A DNA stretch of 6,961 nucleotides, counting the filler, from an uncultured Methanosarcinales archaeon (lineage in GTDB: Archaea; Nanobdellota; Nanobdellia; Woesearchaeales; B54-G15), in assembly GCA_964519225.1 (NCBI GenBank). It is 4 parts of 4 records of this genome, joined end to end, with 100 filler letters (N's around TTAATTAATTAA, not from the genome) between each part and the next. Parts side by side here need not be neighbours in the genome. Positions count along the whole stretch, not along the records: positions 5,444 to 6,961 come from CAZFJK010000053.1; 3 more parts are not named here. One strand, 5' to 3'. The position numbers and the translations under genes are program-made. The notes beneath the pieces were generated by a model. The model worked only from the letters and a program-made list of their open reading frames with translations. It was not told the DNA's origin and ran no database searches. Shown piece by piece: positions 5,713 through 6,961 of this stretch (position 1 is its first letter; every line of letters starts with the position of its first letter).

Positions 5713-6420
5713 ATGCGCTTTGCAATCAACGGAAGCGTGCTTAATCTTGTCCCTAAATTAAAAATAGGCATAGTTCTTCTAACCGATGTTAACAATAAAG
5801 GCAAAAGCACAAAAATCTATCATTTGCTTGAAGAAATAAGCGAACTAATAAAGCTTAACTTTTCGCCAGCTGAATTAGCAAAGCATCCTATGATATCACC
5901 TTGGCGAACTGTCTATTATCATTTCGGCTCAAAACCAACAAAGTACAGATGTTCTGTTGAAGCAATGATACGGCGTATCATAAAGGGCTATCCTATTCCA
6001 AGAGTAAACAAGCTTGTCGATATATGCAACTATCTCATATTAAAGCACCTTATTCCAATGGGCTGTTATGATCTTGACAAAATAAAAGGAAACATTACAC
6101 TTACAACCGCAAAAGGAAATGAACGTTTTATTCCAATCCATACGGCTGCAGCTGAAACACCAGACCCGGGAGAAGTTATCTATCGCGATGATGAAAAAGT
6201 TCTCTGTAGAAAATGGAACTGGCGCGACAGCAACGAAACAGCTGTTACAGAACAAACAAAAAGAGCAATATTTTTCATTGACGCTTTACCGCCAGTTAAA
6301 GAAGAGAAATTAAAAACAGTGTGTAAAGATCTTGAAGAGCTCGCGGCTCTCTTTTGTAAAGCTAAACCAAAAACATTCATCGCAGATAAAACAAAACCAG
6401 TAATTTTTTTAAAGTCATAA
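5713..6420 (+). CDS. Standalone B3/B4 domain protein (PheRS beta-subunit editing-domain related, COG3382-like)
   Basis: WRTVY..FGSKPTKYRCSVEAMIRR, PRVNKLVDICN, GCYDLDKI and GEVIYRDDEKVLCRKWNWRDS match the standalone B3/4 family; 235 aa. Confidence 0.92.
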   Translation: MRFAINGSVLNLVPKLKIGIVLLTDVNNKGKSTKIYHLLEEISELIKLNFSPAELAKHPMISPWRTVYYHFGSKPTKYRCSVEAMIRRIIKGYPIPRVNKLVDICNYLILKHLIPMGCYDLDKIKGNITLTTAKGNERFIPIHTAAAETPDPGEVIYRDDEKVLCRKWNWRDSNETAVTEQTKRAIFFIDALPPVKEEKLKTVCKDLEELAALFCKAKPKTFIADKTKPVIFLKS

Positions 6421-6436
6421 AATTTCTTTTTCTAAG

Positions 6437-6961
6437 ATGAGAAAAAAAGAGGTTTTAATAGTCTTATTTATTGTAATAGGCATAATTCTGTTGTTTTCTC
6501 TCATTAACCTTACAAAGATTCAAACAATAACAACATCAATAATTTATTCTGCCCCTGAAAAAATAACAATTTCTTTGCTTGATGAAGAAAATAATATAAT
6601 TTCCCAAATCGAACCAAAAACCAAAGAAAGAACAAACATCTCATTCGAACATCAGGGAAACAAAATAAAATTCATATCATTAAAACCGAAAACACTCAAC
6701 GTAAAGTTCTTCACCGAGTCAGATAAGGATTTTATCAAAACAAATATTGCAGCAATTTCATGGAATGTTGATTTTGAAAAAGCAAGGATAACATTGAAAA
6801 AGATAGCAAATGAAAAAATCAGCGTTATCTACAAATGCAACGCGTTTGATTTCGACAATGGAAAATGTAAATCAGAATGGATGCCGACAGATATTGAATT
6901 TGAGCAAACAGCAGATAGCATTACATTCGAGGTAAATTCATTTTCTGCCTATGCAGGCGGA
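6437..6961 (+). CDS. Membrane-anchored/secreted surface protein, 3' partial; absent from the ORF track
   Basis: 175 open codons from ATG 6437 to the window end. MRKKE plus a hydrophobic helix VLIVLFIVIGIILLFSLI, then a beta-rich region ending ARITLKK...IYKCNAFDFDNGKCKSEW...ITFEVNSFSAYAGG; sequons NLT and NIS. Confidence 0.85.
   Translation, partial: MRKKEVLIVLFIVIGIILLFSLINLTKIQTITTSIIYSAPEKITISLLDEENNIISQIEPKTKERTNISFEHQGNKIKFISLKPKTLNVKFFTESDKDFIKTNIAAISWNVDFEKARITLKKIANEKISVIYKCNAFDFDNGKCKSEWMPTDIEFEQTADSITFEVNSFSAYAGG

Noticed and set aside
5460..6380. ORFs 5460-5669, 5488-5697, 6040-6255, 6119-6313 and 6180-6380
   Set aside because: They overlap better-supported genes or the AT-rich promoter region and show no recognisable motifs.

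Overview
The window is not one locus. It holds four short, AT-rich, archaeal-looking contigs (1-1752, 1853-3596, 3697-5343, 5444-6961) joined by identical artificial 100-nt spacers (N44-TTAATTAATTAA-N44), so gene context is valid only within each segment. Segment 1 has a HEPN/minimal nucleotidyltransferase toxin-antitoxin pair, an AbrB/MazE-type regulator, a 52-aa four-cysteine protein missed by the ORF track (1057-1215, HiPIP/BssC-like pattern), a frameshifted and internally deleted AlkD-like pseudogene, and a truncated ORF. Segment 2 has an ABC-2 exporter (ATPase and permease). Segment 3 has a partial class I SAM methyltransferase, a PadR-like winged-helix protein and a partial SplB-like radical SAM protein. 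Segment 4 has a partial hypothetical ORF, a standalone B3/B4 tRNA-editing-domain protein and an uncalled, 3'-truncated membrane-anchored surface protein (6437-6961). The best candidate for an undescribed system is the AbrB regulator plus four-Cys micro-protein unit. All family calls come from motif recognition by eye; no searches were run.
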